64,000 nucleotides of DNA from assembly GCA_049673465.1 (NCBI GenBank), contig JBATXP010000481.1, positions 7,832 to 71,831 of the forward strand. The letters are read 5' to 3'. Origin of the DNA: Litorimonas sp. GTDB taxonomy: Bacteria; Pseudomonadota; Alphaproteobacteria; Caulobacterales; Maricaulaceae. Below the pieces are notes generated by a model. The model had not been told where the DNA came from. It ran no database searches and was given only the letters and a program-made list of their open reading frames with translations. A program made the translations under genes and the position numbers. Shown one piece after another: positions 36,075 to 45,507 of this stretch. Position 1 is the first letter of the stretch, and every line of letters starts with the position of its first letter.

Positions 36075-37123
36075 GGAATGAACCCGAATGTGTCGTCTTC
36101 GTCATGCAAGGCGTCTAACCGTCGGTCGAATATATCCATGAAGTCGGTCTCCGCCAGTCCGATGGCGATGTTGACGGCGTTGGCGTAGCCGACCCGATCC
36201 GTTCCGCCGTGGCTCTTGATGACAATTCCATTCAGCCCGAGAAATACGGCTCCGTTGACCCGCCGAGGATCGATTCGGCGCTTGAGCCTAAACAGGGCGT
36301 AGGCATTCAACCCTGCCGTAATCTTGGACCAGAGATTGCCTCGAAGAGCTTCGTTGAAGAACTTTCCAATCAGACGGGCCGTTCCTTCGGCGGTCTTGAG
36401 CGCGATATTACCCGTGAACCCATCCGTCACGATGATGTCCGCACGTCCACCGCTAATGTCGTTGCCTTCAACGAAACCGATATAGTTCAAACCGAGCTCG
36501 CTCTGCGACAGGCGTTGATGCGCGGCCTGGATTGTCGCCGTGCCCTTCTGGTCTTCTACGCCGACATTGAGGAGCCCGATCGTGGGAGAGTCTTTCTTGT
36601 AGATCGCCTTGTAATAGGCCTCGCCCATAACCGCGAATTCCGTCAGCTGCGCCGCGTCGACGTCGACGTTCGCGCCGACGTCTAGCACGACCGATACGCC
36701 ATGTTCGTTCGGCCATGACGCAGCGAGCGCAGGCCGCTGCACCCCTTGCTTCGTGCGGAGTTGCAGCTTGCTCATAGCCATGAGCGCCCCAGTATTGCCG
36801 GCCGAAACCGCGATCTCGGCGCGGCCGGCCTTCACGGCGGCGACCGCATTCCACATAGAGCTGTCCTTGCCGCGTCGGAGCGCTTGGGAGGGCTTGTCGT
36901 CCATGGAGATGGTCTTGTCCGTATGCACGACTTCGGACCGCTCTCGGGTTCGAGGCGATTTCGCCAGCAACGGATCGAGCTTGGCCCGGTCGCCATGCAG
37001 AAGGAAGCGCGCTCGCCGACCCTCGCCTTCATGCGTGAGAAAATACTCAAGCCCGCGAACGACGACGTCGGGCGCATCGTCGCCGCCCATGGCATCGATG
37101 GATATAACGAGTCCGTCCAGCAC
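36071..37123 (-). CDS. plsX: Phosphate acyltransferase PlsX
   Basis: [13 protein letters not shown]-terminus and VIKSHGG motif. The stop overlaps the fabH start. Confidence 0.92.
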   Translation of the reverse strand: MLDGLVISIDAMGGDDAPDVVVRGLEYFLTHEGEGRRARFLLHGDRAKLDPLLAKSPRTRERSEVVHTDKTISMDDKPSQALRRGKDSSMWNAVAAVKAGRAEIAVSAGNTGALMAMSKLQLRTKQGVQRPALAASWPNEHGVSVVLDVGANVDVDAAQLTEFAVMGEAYYKAIYKKDSPTIGLLNVGVEDQKGTATIQAAHQRLSQSELGLNYIGFVEGNDISGGRADIIVTDGFTGNIALKTAEGTARLIGKFFNEALRGNLWSKITAGLNAYALFRLKRRIDPRRVNGAVFLGLNGIVIKSHGGTDRVGYANAVNIAIGLAETDFMDIFDRRLDALHDEDDTFGFIP

Positions 37124-37162
37124 GTCGTCCGCTATACGGTTCCGTCGGTGCGAACGATAGCG

Positions 37163-37699
37163 CTAAACCTCGGGAAAATAGAACTTGCCCGATGTGATGA
37201 GGTCGAGAGACGTGTCCTTCAACATATCGAGTAAGCCCAGCGCGTAGTCGGCGACGGTCTGCTTGAATCCAAGGGGAGTTTCCGTCTCGTCGGCAGTCAA
37301 TATGGACTCACTCAATCGCGCACGGGGGTCTGGGCTTTCGATCGCGTCGGTGTAGGCTTTCAAGCGGTCGTAGAAATGGCCAATCATGGGCTTGATGCGC
37401 TTCTTCACGCCTGTGTCCGATATGCCTTCCTCACGCAATGCGATCTCGAAGTCGTCCTTCATCTCGTCGAACAAAGCCTGTCTCAATAGGTCGCCATCCT
37501 CACCTTCGGAGCGAAGCCGCATCATCATTACGGCCATGTGAAGCGTGATGACGTCGATCCGCCCGTCATAATCGTCGGCGAACCGGCCTGGGCCGAAAAA
37601 GCCGGGAGTCCGAGCCTGTTCGAGAAGTCGAAAATAGACGGTTCGCGCGTCGCGCCGTTCGGGTAGCTCTCGCCCCATCAATTTGTCGAACAGACCCAC
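37163..37699 (-). CDS. Ubiquinol-cytochrome c chaperone (Cbp3-like) family protein
   Basis: 178 aa; RTVYFRLLEQARTPGFF...DGRIDVITLHMAVMMMRL pattern. Usual neighbour of bamE in alphaproteobacteria. Confidence 0.65.
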   Translation of the reverse strand: MGLFDKLMGRELPERRDARTVYFRLLEQARTPGFFGPGRFADDYDGRIDVITLHMAVMMMRLRSEGEDGDLLRQALFDEMKDDFEIALREEGISDTGVKKRIKPMIGHFYDRLKAYTDAIESPDPRARLSESILTADETETPLGFKQTVADYALGLLDMLKDTSLDLITSGKFYFPEV

Positions 37700-37810
37700 C
37701 TTAAGCCTCCGTCATCTACCGCTTGCCGAGCTTGAAAGCCTCACGCGCCCGGATTAGGGCAGCCCGGACACGTCGGCCCGCTGTGGTGGGCCCTAGAAGA
37801 GAGACGGTTC

Positions 37811-38308
37811 ATGCGCAAATCGGTTGCAGCCATCGCCCTGTTAAGTGCCGTTTCGGTCGCGGGATGCAATCCCACGCTTCGGACTCATGGCTATGTGCCC
37901 ACGGCGGACGCAACGCCCCAGGAAATCGATCCCAATACGGACACCAAAGCGTCCGTGCTTGCTTCTCTCGGGAGTCCATCCATCGAGGGCACGTTCGACG
38001 AGGATGTGGACGAAGACACCTGGTACTACATCAACCAAGTGCGCGAACGTTATGCCTACCTCCGGCCACAGATCCAGGAACAGTCGGTCACGGCAATCAG
38101 CTTCAACGCCGAAGGCCAAGTCGTCAAAGTGGCCGAGTACGGGATCGAAGACCGGCGGATCATCGACTATTCCGACAACGAAACGCCGACCCGCGGTCGT
38201 GAGCTGTCGGTGCTGGAGCAGATCTTCGGCACGATCGGCCGTATTCCGACCGACCGTCTCGGCGGCAATCAGCAGGATGTCCCAGGAGGGCCTGGCGGTC
38301 CCCGCTAG
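37811..38308 (+). CDS. bamE: Outer membrane protein assembly factor BamE (SmpA/OmlA)
   Basis: Lipobox LSAVSVAGC, then THGYVP...ASLGSPS...W.Y. 165 aa. Confidence 0.8.
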   Translation: MRKSVAAIALLSAVSVAGCNPTLRTHGYVPTADATPQEIDPNTDTKASVLASLGSPSIEGTFDEDVDEDTWYYINQVRERYAYLRPQIQEQSVTAISFNAEGQVVKVAEYGIEDRRIIDYSDNETPTRGRELSVLEQIFGTIGRIPTDRLGGNQQDVPGGPGGPR

Positions 38309-39204
38309 AAGCGGTGGCGGTAGCCGGCCGCCCGTTCCACGGGTCGCCCATCCAGACTGACGCCTGACCCGCATCGAACACGTCCGCAGAGCGTGATGCG
38401 AACGCCGGCCCGTCGCGCGAACTCCTTTATCCGCTCCCTGTCGTCGGTACTTGCGGTGAGAAGCAGTTCGTAATCGTCGCCGAAGTCCGATCCTTCGGGC
38501 AAGGGGCTATTCAAATCGAGGGCCACGGAGCTAGCCTTTGAGATGTGGCCCGCTTCGACCAGCAGGCCATCGGATATGTCGGCGCAGGCCGTCGCATGGG
38601 ACCGAATCATCTTCCTGAGTGAAAATCGCGGTTCGGGGCGCAGATAGGCCGCTTCCGCTTTTATGGCGTCCGTCGGTGCCAAGGCACCAATCCGCCCGTT
38701 CACGACCTCCAACCCCTTCCCGGCGAAACCGAGCGTCCCGGTGTACCAGATATCGTCTCCCGGCATCGCGCCGCTTCGCTTTACCAGCGTTTCTGACGGC
38801 ACGACCCCGAAAACGGTTGCCGTGGCCACGAGCGGTCCTTCGGTTGATGTGGTGTCGCCCCCGAGTAGATAGAGATCGAAACTGGATTGAGCGTCGGACA
38901 GCCCCGTGACGAACCCCTTGATCCAGCGTGCATCGCGACCTCTCGGCCATGCAACGGACAGCATGTAGGTCACGGGTCGCGCGCCCTTTGCCGCGAGGTC
39001 CGACAGGGCCACTCGAAGCAACCGCTCCGAGAATCCTCCACCAATTCGACCGGCCGGAAAGTGAACGCCCTCGACCATCGTATCCTGGGAGACGACGAGG
39101 TCATGACCGTCAGGCACATCGAGACGGGCGGCGTCGTCAGAAAGATCGAAGCTTCCCGGTCCCGAAAGCGGCCGAAGGAGTGCGATGAAGTCGAGTTCGT
39201 CCAA
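38305..39204 (-). CDS. thiL: Thiamine-monophosphate kinase
   Basis: DDAARL...DTMVEGVHF N-terminal AIR-synthase-like motif and GGDTT. 299 aa. Confidence 0.88.
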   Translation of the reverse strand: MDELDFIALLRPLSGPGSFDLSDDAARLDVPDGHDLVVSQDTMVEGVHFPAGRIGGGFSERLLRVALSDLAAKGARPVTYMLSVAWPRGRDARWIKGFVTGLSDAQSSFDLYLLGGDTTSTEGPLVATATVFGVVPSETLVKRSGAMPGDDIWYTGTLGFAGKGLEVVNGRIGALAPTDAIKAEAAYLRPEPRFSLRKMIRSHATACADISDGLLVEAGHISKASSVALDLNSPLPEGSDFGDDYELLLTASTDDRERIKEFARRAGVRITLCGRVRCGSGVSLDGRPVERAAGYRHRF

Positions 39205-39206
39205 GA

Positions 39207-39674
39207 CTATCCGGCTGTGTCGAAATCTGCCGCGCGGACCTTGCGGGCGACGCGGTCGATCACGGCATTGGCAAGGCCGGGTTCCTTGCCGTCGAAGAAG
39301 TCCGACGCAATGGATACATATTCGTCGATCACGACGGGTGCCGGCACGTCAGGGCGAAAGCGAACCTCATAGACAGCGGCCCGCAACAGGGCGCGAAGCG
39401 TCATGTCGAGGCGGCGCAGCGGCCATGTCTTGGGTAGATGATCGTCCAGCATCTCGTCCACTGACGACTGCTCCCTGACAACGCCCTCGACAAGGTTTTC
39501 GAAGAAGGGCTCGTCGGCCGCGACCATTCCGTCTTCATCCTCGAAACCGAAACGGTGGTTGAGAAATTGGAAGATGACCGGCTTCGACGTCGCTTCGGTC
39601 AGGTCCATCTGGTAAAGGGCCTGAACAGCCGACATTCGTGCCTGCCGCCTGAGCTTCGGGTTCGCGCCGCTCAT
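39207..39674 (-). CDS. nusB: Transcription antitermination factor NusB
   Basis: RRQARMSAVQALYQMDL... typical NusB N-terminus. Position after ribH. Confidence 0.9.
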   Translation of the reverse strand: MSGANPKLRRQARMSAVQALYQMDLTEATSKPVIFQFLNHRFGFEDEDGMVAADEPFFENLVEGVVREQSSVDEMLDDHLPKTWPLRRLDMTLRALLRAAVYEVRFRPDVPAPVVIDEYVSIASDFFDGKEPGLANAVIDRVARKVRAADFDTAG

Positions 39675-40117
39675 GCGTCAGGAGTCTCGGACGACGCATT
39701 CATGCCTTCGCGGATCGAAACCATTGTCAACGCGGCGCGCGCTGCAAATCCGCCCTTGTCCTTCCGACCTTTTTCGGCACGGGCCATAGCCTGCGCTTCG
39801 TTCTCTACCGTGATGATACCGTTTCCGATGGCCAACTGTCGGTCCACGGCGAGATCCATCAGTGCGCGGGCGCTTTCCTGACAAACATAGTCGTAATGGG
39901 TCGTCTCGCCCCGGATCACGCAACCCAGCGCGACATAGGCGTCGTAGCCCTGACCGGCGTCTTCGGCGTAACTGATGACATGTGGAATCTCGAGTGCGCC
40001 CGGCACGGTCAGCTGGAACACTTCGGCGCCGTTGGCGTCGAGAACATCCAGCGCACCCTCGAGGAGCTTGTCGGATATATGCTCGTAGAAGCGAGCCTCT
40101 ATGACGAGTACTTTCAT
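39671..40117 (-). CDS. ribH: 6,7-dimethyl-8-ribityllumazine synthase
   Basis: VPGALEIP and GCVIRGETTHYDYV motifs. 148 aa. Confidence 0.92.
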   Translation of the reverse strand: MKVLVIEARFYEHISDKLLEGALDVLDANGAEVFQLTVPGALEIPHVISYAEDAGQGYDAYVALGCVIRGETTHYDYVCQESARALMDLAVDRQLAIGNGIITVENEAQAMARAEKGRKDKGGFAARAALTMVSIREGMNASSETPDA

Positions 40118-40120
40118 GGA

Positions 40121-41305
40121 TCAGGTCCGGGTGTTCTGAATGGGATGAAGGCCGACGATTTCCAAATCGTAGGCGTCCAGACCGATCAGCTTGGGCATGG
40201 AATTGGACAGAAGCGTCATCTGAGTGACGCCGAGATGGGTCAGGATCTGCGCCCCGACACCGTACTCCCGAACGGTCTGTTCCTTGCGGTCCACTGTCGA
40301 CTTGTGAGCGCCGAGCCGTTCGAGCAGCGAATCGATCGAACCTTCGCGGATGAGGACCAGAACGGAATGGCCGTCATGTGACGCGAGCGCCTTCATCGCG
40401 TCCCAGATAAGACCGGCGCGCGGGCTGTCCTCGGACAGTACGTCGCCAGCAAAATCGATTTTGTGAACGCGGACCAGGCTGGGCGTTCCCCCGACCGCAT
40501 CGCCGCGCGACAGGGCGACATGTTCCTTGCCGTCCAAAAGGTTGCGGTAGACATGGATGCGGAATTCGTCGCCGCGCTGAGAGGTAAAATCGGAGCTGGC
40601 GACGTGCTTGACGAAGTGATCTCGCTCCAGTCGGTGCGCGACGAGGCTTTCGATCGTGCCGATCTTCAGACCGTGGAATTGCGCAAACTTCACGAGATCG
40701 TCCAGACGCGCCATCGTCCCATCATCGTTCATGATCTCACAGATCACGGCGGACGGGTTCAGGCCTGCCAGCCGGGAAATATCGACAGAGGCTTCCGTGT
40801 GGCCCGTGCGGACCAGAACGCCGCCTTCCTTGGCGATGATCGGAAACATGTGGCCGGGACTGACGATATCGTCCGCCCGTGAATCAGGGTCGATCGCCAC
40901 CTGGATCGTCCGGGCGCGGTCACCGGCCGAAATGCCCGTCGTCACCCCTTCCCGCGCTTCGATGGACTGGGTGAAAGCCGTTTCGAAACGGGAGGCATTG
41001 TCTGCGCTCATATTCTTGAGGCCAAGCTCCGCAGCGCGTTCCTTTTCCAGCGCGAGACAGATCAAGCCGCGCCCATGCTTCGCCATGAAGTTGATGGCGT
41101 CCGGCGTAGCGAACTGCGCCGGAACGATCAGATCGCCCTCATTCTCCCGGTCTTCGGCGTCGACGAGGATGTACATCCGACCGTTGCGGGCATCCTCTAT
41201 GATTTCCTCGGGCGTGGCGAGATTGTAGACTTGCTGGAATGTCGCTTCGTTCAATTCGGTCAAACCGGCCTTCATCCTTCCCGCGCGCGCACCCGCGTCA
41301 GGCAT
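40121..41305 (-). CDS. ribBA: Bifunctional 3,4-dihydroxy-2-butanone-4-phosphate synthase / GTP cyclohydrolase II-like protein
   Basis: DAEDRENEGDLI (RibB) plus a C-terminal RibA-like half. An alternative start at 41275 would avoid the 8-nt overlap with ribE. Confidence 0.88.
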   Translation of the reverse strand: MPDAGARAGRMKAGLTELNEATFQQVYNLATPEEIIEDARNGRMYILVDAEDRENEGDLIVPAQFATPDAINFMAKHGRGLICLALEKERAAELGLKNMSADNASRFETAFTQSIEAREGVTTGISAGDRARTIQVAIDPDSRADDIVSPGHMFPIIAKEGGVLVRTGHTEASVDISRLAGLNPSAVICEIMNDDGTMARLDDLVKFAQFHGLKIGTIESLVAHRLERDHFVKHVASSDFTSQRGDEFRIHVYRNLLDGKEHVALSRGDAVGGTPSLVRVHKIDFAGDVLSEDSPRAGLIWDAMKALASHDGHSVLVLIREGSIDSLLERLGAHKSTVDRKEQTVREYGVGAQILTHLGVTQMTLLSNSMPKLIGLDAYDLEIVGLHPIQNTRT

Positions 41306-41906
41306 TCATGTGCTTCAGGTAGCGCGCGACATAGCGGGCGATCACATCGATTTCCAGATTTACCTCATCGCCTGGCTGCAAACGGCCCAGCGTCGTGACA
41401 TCCGCTGTATGGGGTATGATGTTGATCATGAAGGCGTCGTTCTCGACTGCGTTGACCGTCAACGATACGCCGTCGACCGTGACCGACCCCTTCGGCGCGA
41501 TGGCGAAAGCGAGATCGGAGGGAATGTCGATCATGAAGCGAGTCGATCCCGCGACGCTCTCCCGCGAACGGCAGGTCGTCCGCGTGTCGACGTGACCCGT
41601 CACCATATGACCGCCCAGTTCGTCCGAGCCCGTCAGCGCCCGCTCAAGATTGATGGGTCGACCCGGCCGCCAGTCACCCAGCGTCGTCTTGTCGAGGCTC
41701 TCGTCGGAGACGTCGAAAGCGTACCACCCCGCGCCCTTGTCCACGACCGTCATGCAGGCGCCGGAGTGAGCGATGGAAGCACCGATGTCGATCGTCTTCG
41801 TATCGTAAGCAGTTTCGACGATCATGCGCGTGTCGCCCCACTCGGAGCCGGTCGTGCGCGTGACTTCACGGAGCCGACCGATGTCGGTGATGATGCCAGT
41901 GAACAT
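41298..41906 (-). CDS. ribE: Riboflavin synthase
   Basis: MFTGIITDIG...GASIAHSGACMTV...SVTVDGVSLTV duplicated-barrel motifs. 202 aa. Confidence 0.92.
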   Translation of the reverse strand: MFTGIITDIGRLREVTRTTGSEWGDTRMIVETAYDTKTIDIGASIAHSGACMTVVDKGAGWYAFDVSDESLDKTTLGDWRPGRPINLERALTGSDELGGHMVTGHVDTRTTCRSRESVAGSTRFMIDIPSDLAFAIAPKGSVTVDGVSLTVNAVENDAFMINIIPHTADVTTLGRLQPGDEVNLEIDVIARYVARYLKHMNA

Positions 41907-41908
41907 GA

Positions 41909-42367
41909 TCAGTCGTTTTCGCTGAGTTCCGACGCGATGAAATCGCCGAAATCGTCCGTCGCCTTGAAGTCGCGATAGACGCTCGCATAGCGGACATAGG
42001 CGATCTTATCGAGGCTGGAGAGTCCTTCCATGACGAGTTCGCCGACCGCCTTGGAAGGAACATCGGCCTGCCCGGACGATTCGAGCTGACGAACGATGCC
42101 GGACACCATCTGGTCTATCCGTTCATCGTCGACAGGGCGTTTCTGCAGCGCGATGCGGACGGACCGCATCAGCTTCTCGCGGTCGAATGGAACTTTCCGA
42201 CCATTGCTCTTCACGATCATCAGATCGCGCAACTGAACACGCTCGAACGTCGTGAAGCGCGCACCGCATTTTCCGCACAGGCGACGTCTGCGCACGGCCG
42301 TGCCGTCTTCCGCCTGACGGGAGTCTTTCACCTGCGTGTCTTCGCTGGAACAGAATGGGCAGCGCAT
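41909..42367 (-). CDS. nrdR: Transcriptional repressor NrdR
   Basis: [17 protein letters not shown]...[12 protein letters not shown] zinc ribbon plus ATP cone. I take ATG 42367 rather than the GTG at 42376. Confidence 0.92.
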   Translation of the reverse strand: MRCPFCSSEDTQVKDSRQAEDGTAVRRRRLCGKCGARFTTFERVQLRDLMIVKSNGRKVPFDREKLMRSVRIALQKRPVDDERIDQMVSGIVRQLESSGQADVPSKAVGELVMEGLSSLDKIAYVRYASVYRDFKATDDFGDFIASELSEND

Positions 42368-42417
42368 GGGTCGCACATAGGGTCAAGCGGCGAGCAATGC
42401 AAAGCTGCAAGGGGAAC

Positions 42418-42435
42418 CGTTCGCTATATAGAACG
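42418..42435. promoter_or_regulatory. Near-palindrome CGTTC-GCTATATA-GAACG upstream of nrdR (candidate operator or -10 region)
   Basis: 5-bp arms around a TATATA core, about 50 nt upstream of the nrdR ATG. Resembles the palindrome at 3143-3162. Confidence 0.25.
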
Positions 42436-42534
42436 CGCCGAAACGCTTCATTAGTTAATCCTATTGGCGATTATCCGCCCATTCATTTTTGAATGAGAAC
42501 ATAAATTACCCTTGATAAACAGTATTTTACGATT

Positions 42535-42666
42535 CAGACAGACAGAAAAACACGCACGCTTAGGTGCGGGCCTTGTCGTGCGATCACCGATAACGCACGA
42601 GTGCGACCGGTGGAATGTCAGAAAGTTACAAACGAGACGTCAGAAAACGCACATGGGTGCGGCCGA
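42535..42666 (-). other. Cluster of CGCAC/GTGCG hairpins with U tracts (terminator-like units or a structured RNA)
   Basis: The pentamer or its complement occurs 7 times in about 110 nt (42553, 42564, 42578, 42594, 42601, 42648, 42657). There are two similar units, CGCAC-loop-GTGCG followed by a T run then CTG (T1 GTGCG-TTTTCTGAC, T2 GTGCG-TGTTTTTCTGTC), and a 7-bp hairpin at 42576-42600. Confidence 0.3.
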
Positions 42667-42753
42667 CTAGACCGTCAGAGAAGAATGAAGTCTCACGCCA
42701 GAGCGCGGGAAGCGCCCTCCCCCTGAAGTGAATCTACGATAGGAAATTGTCTG

Positions 42754-44067
42754 TCAGGCCGAGACGGTTTGGTAGATCGGAAAGCGGGACGTCAGAGCGA
42801 TCACGCGCTCGCGCACGTCGGCCTCGACGTCCGGATTGCCTTTCGGGCTTTCGACGAGTGCATCGAGGACTTCCGCCATGAGCCGTCCGACCTCCCGGAA
42901 TTCGGCTGGGCCGAAGCCGCGGGTCGTGCCAGCCGGAGAACCGACGCGGATGCCCGACGTAATGGTGAACTTCTCAGGATCGTTCGGAATGCCGTTCTTG
43001 TTGCAGGTAATGTAGGCCCGCCCGAGCGCCTTCTCGGCCGCAATGCCCTTAACGCCCTTCGGCGACAGATCGATGAGTGCGAGGTGAGTGTCCGTTCCGC
43101 CGGAGACGACGGCATACCCCGCCTCCACCAACGCACCTGCCATGGCGCGGCAATTCTCCACGACACGCGCCGCGTAGTCGCGGAACTCGGGCTGCAGGCA
43201 GTCTCCAAAAGCCGCGGCCTTGCCGGCGATCACATGCATCAGGGGCCCGCCCTGCAAGCCGGGGAAGATGGCCGAATTGAATTTCTTTGCCAGTGTCGCA
43301 TCGTTGGTCAGAATCATCCCGCCGCGCGGCCCCCGCAAGGTCTTGTGGGTCGTCGTCGTCGCGACATGCGCGTGAGGAAACGGGCTGGGATGTGCGCCGC
43401 CTGCTACGAGACCGGCGAAATGTGCCATGTCGACATGCAGATAGGCACCGACCTTGTCGGCAATGGCCCGAAAGCGCGCGAAGTCGATGACGCGGCTATA
43501 GGCCGAGCCGCCACAGATGATCAGCTTCGGCTTATGCTCGTTCGCAAGTCGCTCGACCTGCTCATAGTCGATCAGATGGTCGTCTTCCTTCACGCCGTAG
43601 GTGACGGCATCGAACCATTTACCCGACATGTTCGGCGGCGCGCCATGTGTAAGGTGACCACCCGAGGCCAAGTCCATGCCCAGGATCGTATCGCCAGGCT
43701 TCAACAAGGCAAGAAAGACGCCTTGATTGGCCTGCGACCCGCTATTGGGCTGAACGTTGGCGAAACCGCAGCCGAACAACTCCGTCGCGCGGTCGATGGC
43801 CAGCTGCTCTGCCACGTCCACATATTGGCAACCGCCATAGTAGCGGCGCCCCGGATAGCCTTCGGCATATTTGTTGGTCAGCACAGACCCCTGCGCTTCC
43901 ATGACGGCGTGAGAGACAATGTTCTCCGACGCGATGAGTTCGATTTCCTGTTGCTGACGTTGCAGCTCATCGCGCATGCAGGAGAACAGTTCCGGGTCAC
44001 GCTCAGCGAGAGACTGTGAAAAGTAGAGCGACTGATAGTCGGTGGACGGGCGTTCTGCGGCGGACAT
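42754..44067 (-). CDS. glyA: Serine hydroxymethyltransferase
   Basis: [15 protein letters not shown] and [14 protein letters not shown] (PLP lysine) motifs. ATG 44067 is preceded by GGAGA; the track start at 44079 is a GTG. Confidence 0.95.
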   Translation of the reverse strand: MSAAERPSTDYQSLYFSQSLAERDPELFSCMRDELQRQQQEIELIASENIVSHAVMEAQGSVLTNKYAEGYPGRRYYGGCQYVDVAEQLAIDRATELFGCGFANVQPNSGSQANQGVFLALLKPGDTILGMDLASGGHLTHGAPPNMSGKWFDAVTYGVKEDDHLIDYEQVERLANEHKPKLIICGGSAYSRVIDFARFRAIADKVGAYLHVDMAHFAGLVAGGAHPSPFPHAHVATTTTHKTLRGPRGGMILTNDATLAKKFNSAIFPGLQGGPLMHVIAGKAAAFGDCLQPEFRDYAARVVENCRAMAGALVEAGYAVVSGGTDTHLALIDLSPKGVKGIAAEKALGRAYITCNKNGIPNDPEKFTITSGIRVGSPAGTTRGFGPAEFREVGRLMAEVLDALVESPKGNPDVEADVRERVIALTSRFPIYQTVSA

Positions 44068-44151
44068 GGCGGTCTCCACGAATAGGAATGGAGCGGCTAT
44101 AAGGGCTCAACCGTCACACGACAATGTGGTGAGCTGGTTCGTCCCCCGCTA

Positions 44152-45381
44152 TCAGGCGACCTCGCGGGACGGAAGCTCGTATTCCGCCCAGACTTCCGCC
44201 AAAGCCTCCATCAGTTCGTCCATCATGTCGTCCGTATGGAAGGGACTTGGGGTGAAGCGGAGGCGTTCCGTGCCCCGGGGCACGGTCGGGAAGTTGATGG
44301 GTTGGGCATAGACCCCATGATCCTCGATCAAGCGGTCGCTGATCGCCTGACACTTGACTGGATCGCCGATCATCAAGGGGACGATATGCGTGTCGCCATC
44401 GATGAAGTCGTAGCCGGCCGCGCGGAACCGAGACTTGAGCGCATTGGCACGCTCCTGATGGCGCGCGCGGACCTCGGGCGTGATCTTCAGGATCTTGACG
44501 GAGCGTAACGCCCCAGCCGCCGTGGATGGCGGGATGGATGTGGTGAAGATGAAGCCGGACGCCAGGCTGCGGATCGCATCGACGATCACCTTGTCAGCGG
44601 CGATATAGCCGCCAATCATACCGTAGGCCTTGGCGAGCGTGCCCTGAATTATATCGACGCGGTCCATCAGGCCGCGCGCTTCGCACACGCCGCCGCCGCG
44701 CGGTCCATACATGCCGACGGCATGAACCTCATCGATATAGGTGAGCGCATTATATTTGTCGGCAAGGTCGCAGATCTGCTCGATCGGGGCGATATCGGCA
44801 TCCATGGAATAGACGCTCTCGAATGCGATGAGCTTTGGCGCGTCGATCGGCACGGACTTCAGCTTGGCTTCGAGGGCGACCAGATCGTTGTGAGCGAAGA
44901 TATGCTTATGCGTCCGCGCATTGCGAATGCCGGAGATCATCGACGCGTGGTTCATCTCGTCGGAGAAGATGTGCAGGCCCGGCAGGATCCTGCTCATCGT
45001 GGAGAGCGCCGCCTCGTTCGCGACGTAGCCGGAGGTGAAGACCAGAGCGGATTGTTTGTCGTGAAGGTCGGCGAGCTCCTGCTCCAACTGAACGTGGTAG
45101 CGTGTCGTGCCGGAAATGTTGCGTGTCCCCCCCGATCCCGTCCCGGCCGCGTCCACGGCGGATTTCACGGCTTCGACCACGCAATCGTTCTGACCCATGC
45201 CCAGATAGTCGTTCGAGCACCAGACGGTGATGTCCTGCTCGTCCAGCCCGTCCTTGAACCAGGTCGCGCGGGGGAAAGCCCCTTTCTTGCGGCGGATGTC
45301 GCGGAAGATGCGGTAGCGGCCCTCGTCGCGCACGGCGTCGACGGCGTTCTTGAACTGATCCCGGTATTTGTTCTGGGTCAC
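44152..45381 (-). CDS. hemA: 5-aminolevulinate synthase
   Basis: [12 protein letters not shown], and an alpha-oxoamine synthase fold with GTLAKAYG (PLP lysine region). 409 aa. Confidence 0.92.
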   Translation of the reverse strand: MTQNKYRDQFKNAVDAVRDEGRYRIFRDIRRKKGAFPRATWFKDGLDEQDITVWCSNDYLGMGQNDCVVEAVKSAVDAAGTGSGGTRNISGTTRYHVQLEQELADLHDKQSALVFTSGYVANEAALSTMSRILPGLHIFSDEMNHASMISGIRNARTHKHIFAHNDLVALEAKLKSVPIDAPKLIAFESVYSMDADIAPIEQICDLADKYNALTYIDEVHAVGMYGPRGGGVCEARGLMDRVDIIQGTLAKAYGMIGGYIAADKVIVDAIRSLASGFIFTTSIPPSTAAGALRSVKILKITPEVRARHQERANALKSRFRAAGYDFIDGDTHIVPLMIGDPVKCQAISDRLIEDHGVYAQPINFPTVPRGTERLRFTPSPFHTDDMMDELMEALAEVWAEYELPSREVA

Positions 45382-45468
45382 GGCTAGCCTGTTTACCTTC
45401 TGCTTGGTGAAGATATAGAACAGGCAACCCTGAATATCTACCTAATGACGACAGCGGGGTTGCGATTT

Positions 45469-45484
45469 TGTGACGCAAATCACT
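45469..45484. promoter_or_regulatory. CRP/FNR-superfamily-type palindrome TGTGA-CGCAAA-TCACT
   Basis: 9 of 10 matches to TGTGA-N6-TCACA. Lies in the 126-bp divergent hemA/hemB region, 24 nt upstream of the hemB ATG. Overlaps a TTGCG-N9-CGCAA repeat (45460-45478). Confidence 0.35.
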
Positions 45485-45507
45485 TTCGCCAAACCCTTGA
45501 AAGATCA

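Noticed and set aside
37124-37162. Expected rpmF (L32) / yceD genes upstream of plsX
   Set aside because: Only 39 nt separate plsX from the Cbp3-like gene, and no small ORF fits. These genes must be elsewhere in the genome.
42440-42545. AT-rich segment as a possible replication origin
   Set aside because: There are only isolated weak DnaA-box-like strings (TTATCCGCC) and no cluster. I saw no TTAA-N7-TTAA CtrA sites. There is no hemE/dnaA-type neighbourhood, and the segment is too short.
42535-42666. Repeated CGCAC/GTGCG units as a CRISPR-like array
   Set aside because: The repeats are only 5-7 nt, irregularly spaced and mutually complementary. No cas genes are present. A structured RNA or terminators explain them better.
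44068-44151. Riboswitch (ZTP or glycine/THF type) upstream of glyA
   Set aside because: Only 84 nt separate the hemA stop from the glyA ATG, and I see no conserved riboswitch core sequences there.
45488-45507. TTGA-AAGA-TCAA just before the hemB start as an FNR/FixK box
   Set aside because: The spacing is TTGA-N4-TCAA, whereas the FNR/FixK consensus is TTGAT-N4-ATCAA (equivalent to TTGA-N6-TCAA), so the half-sites are out of register.
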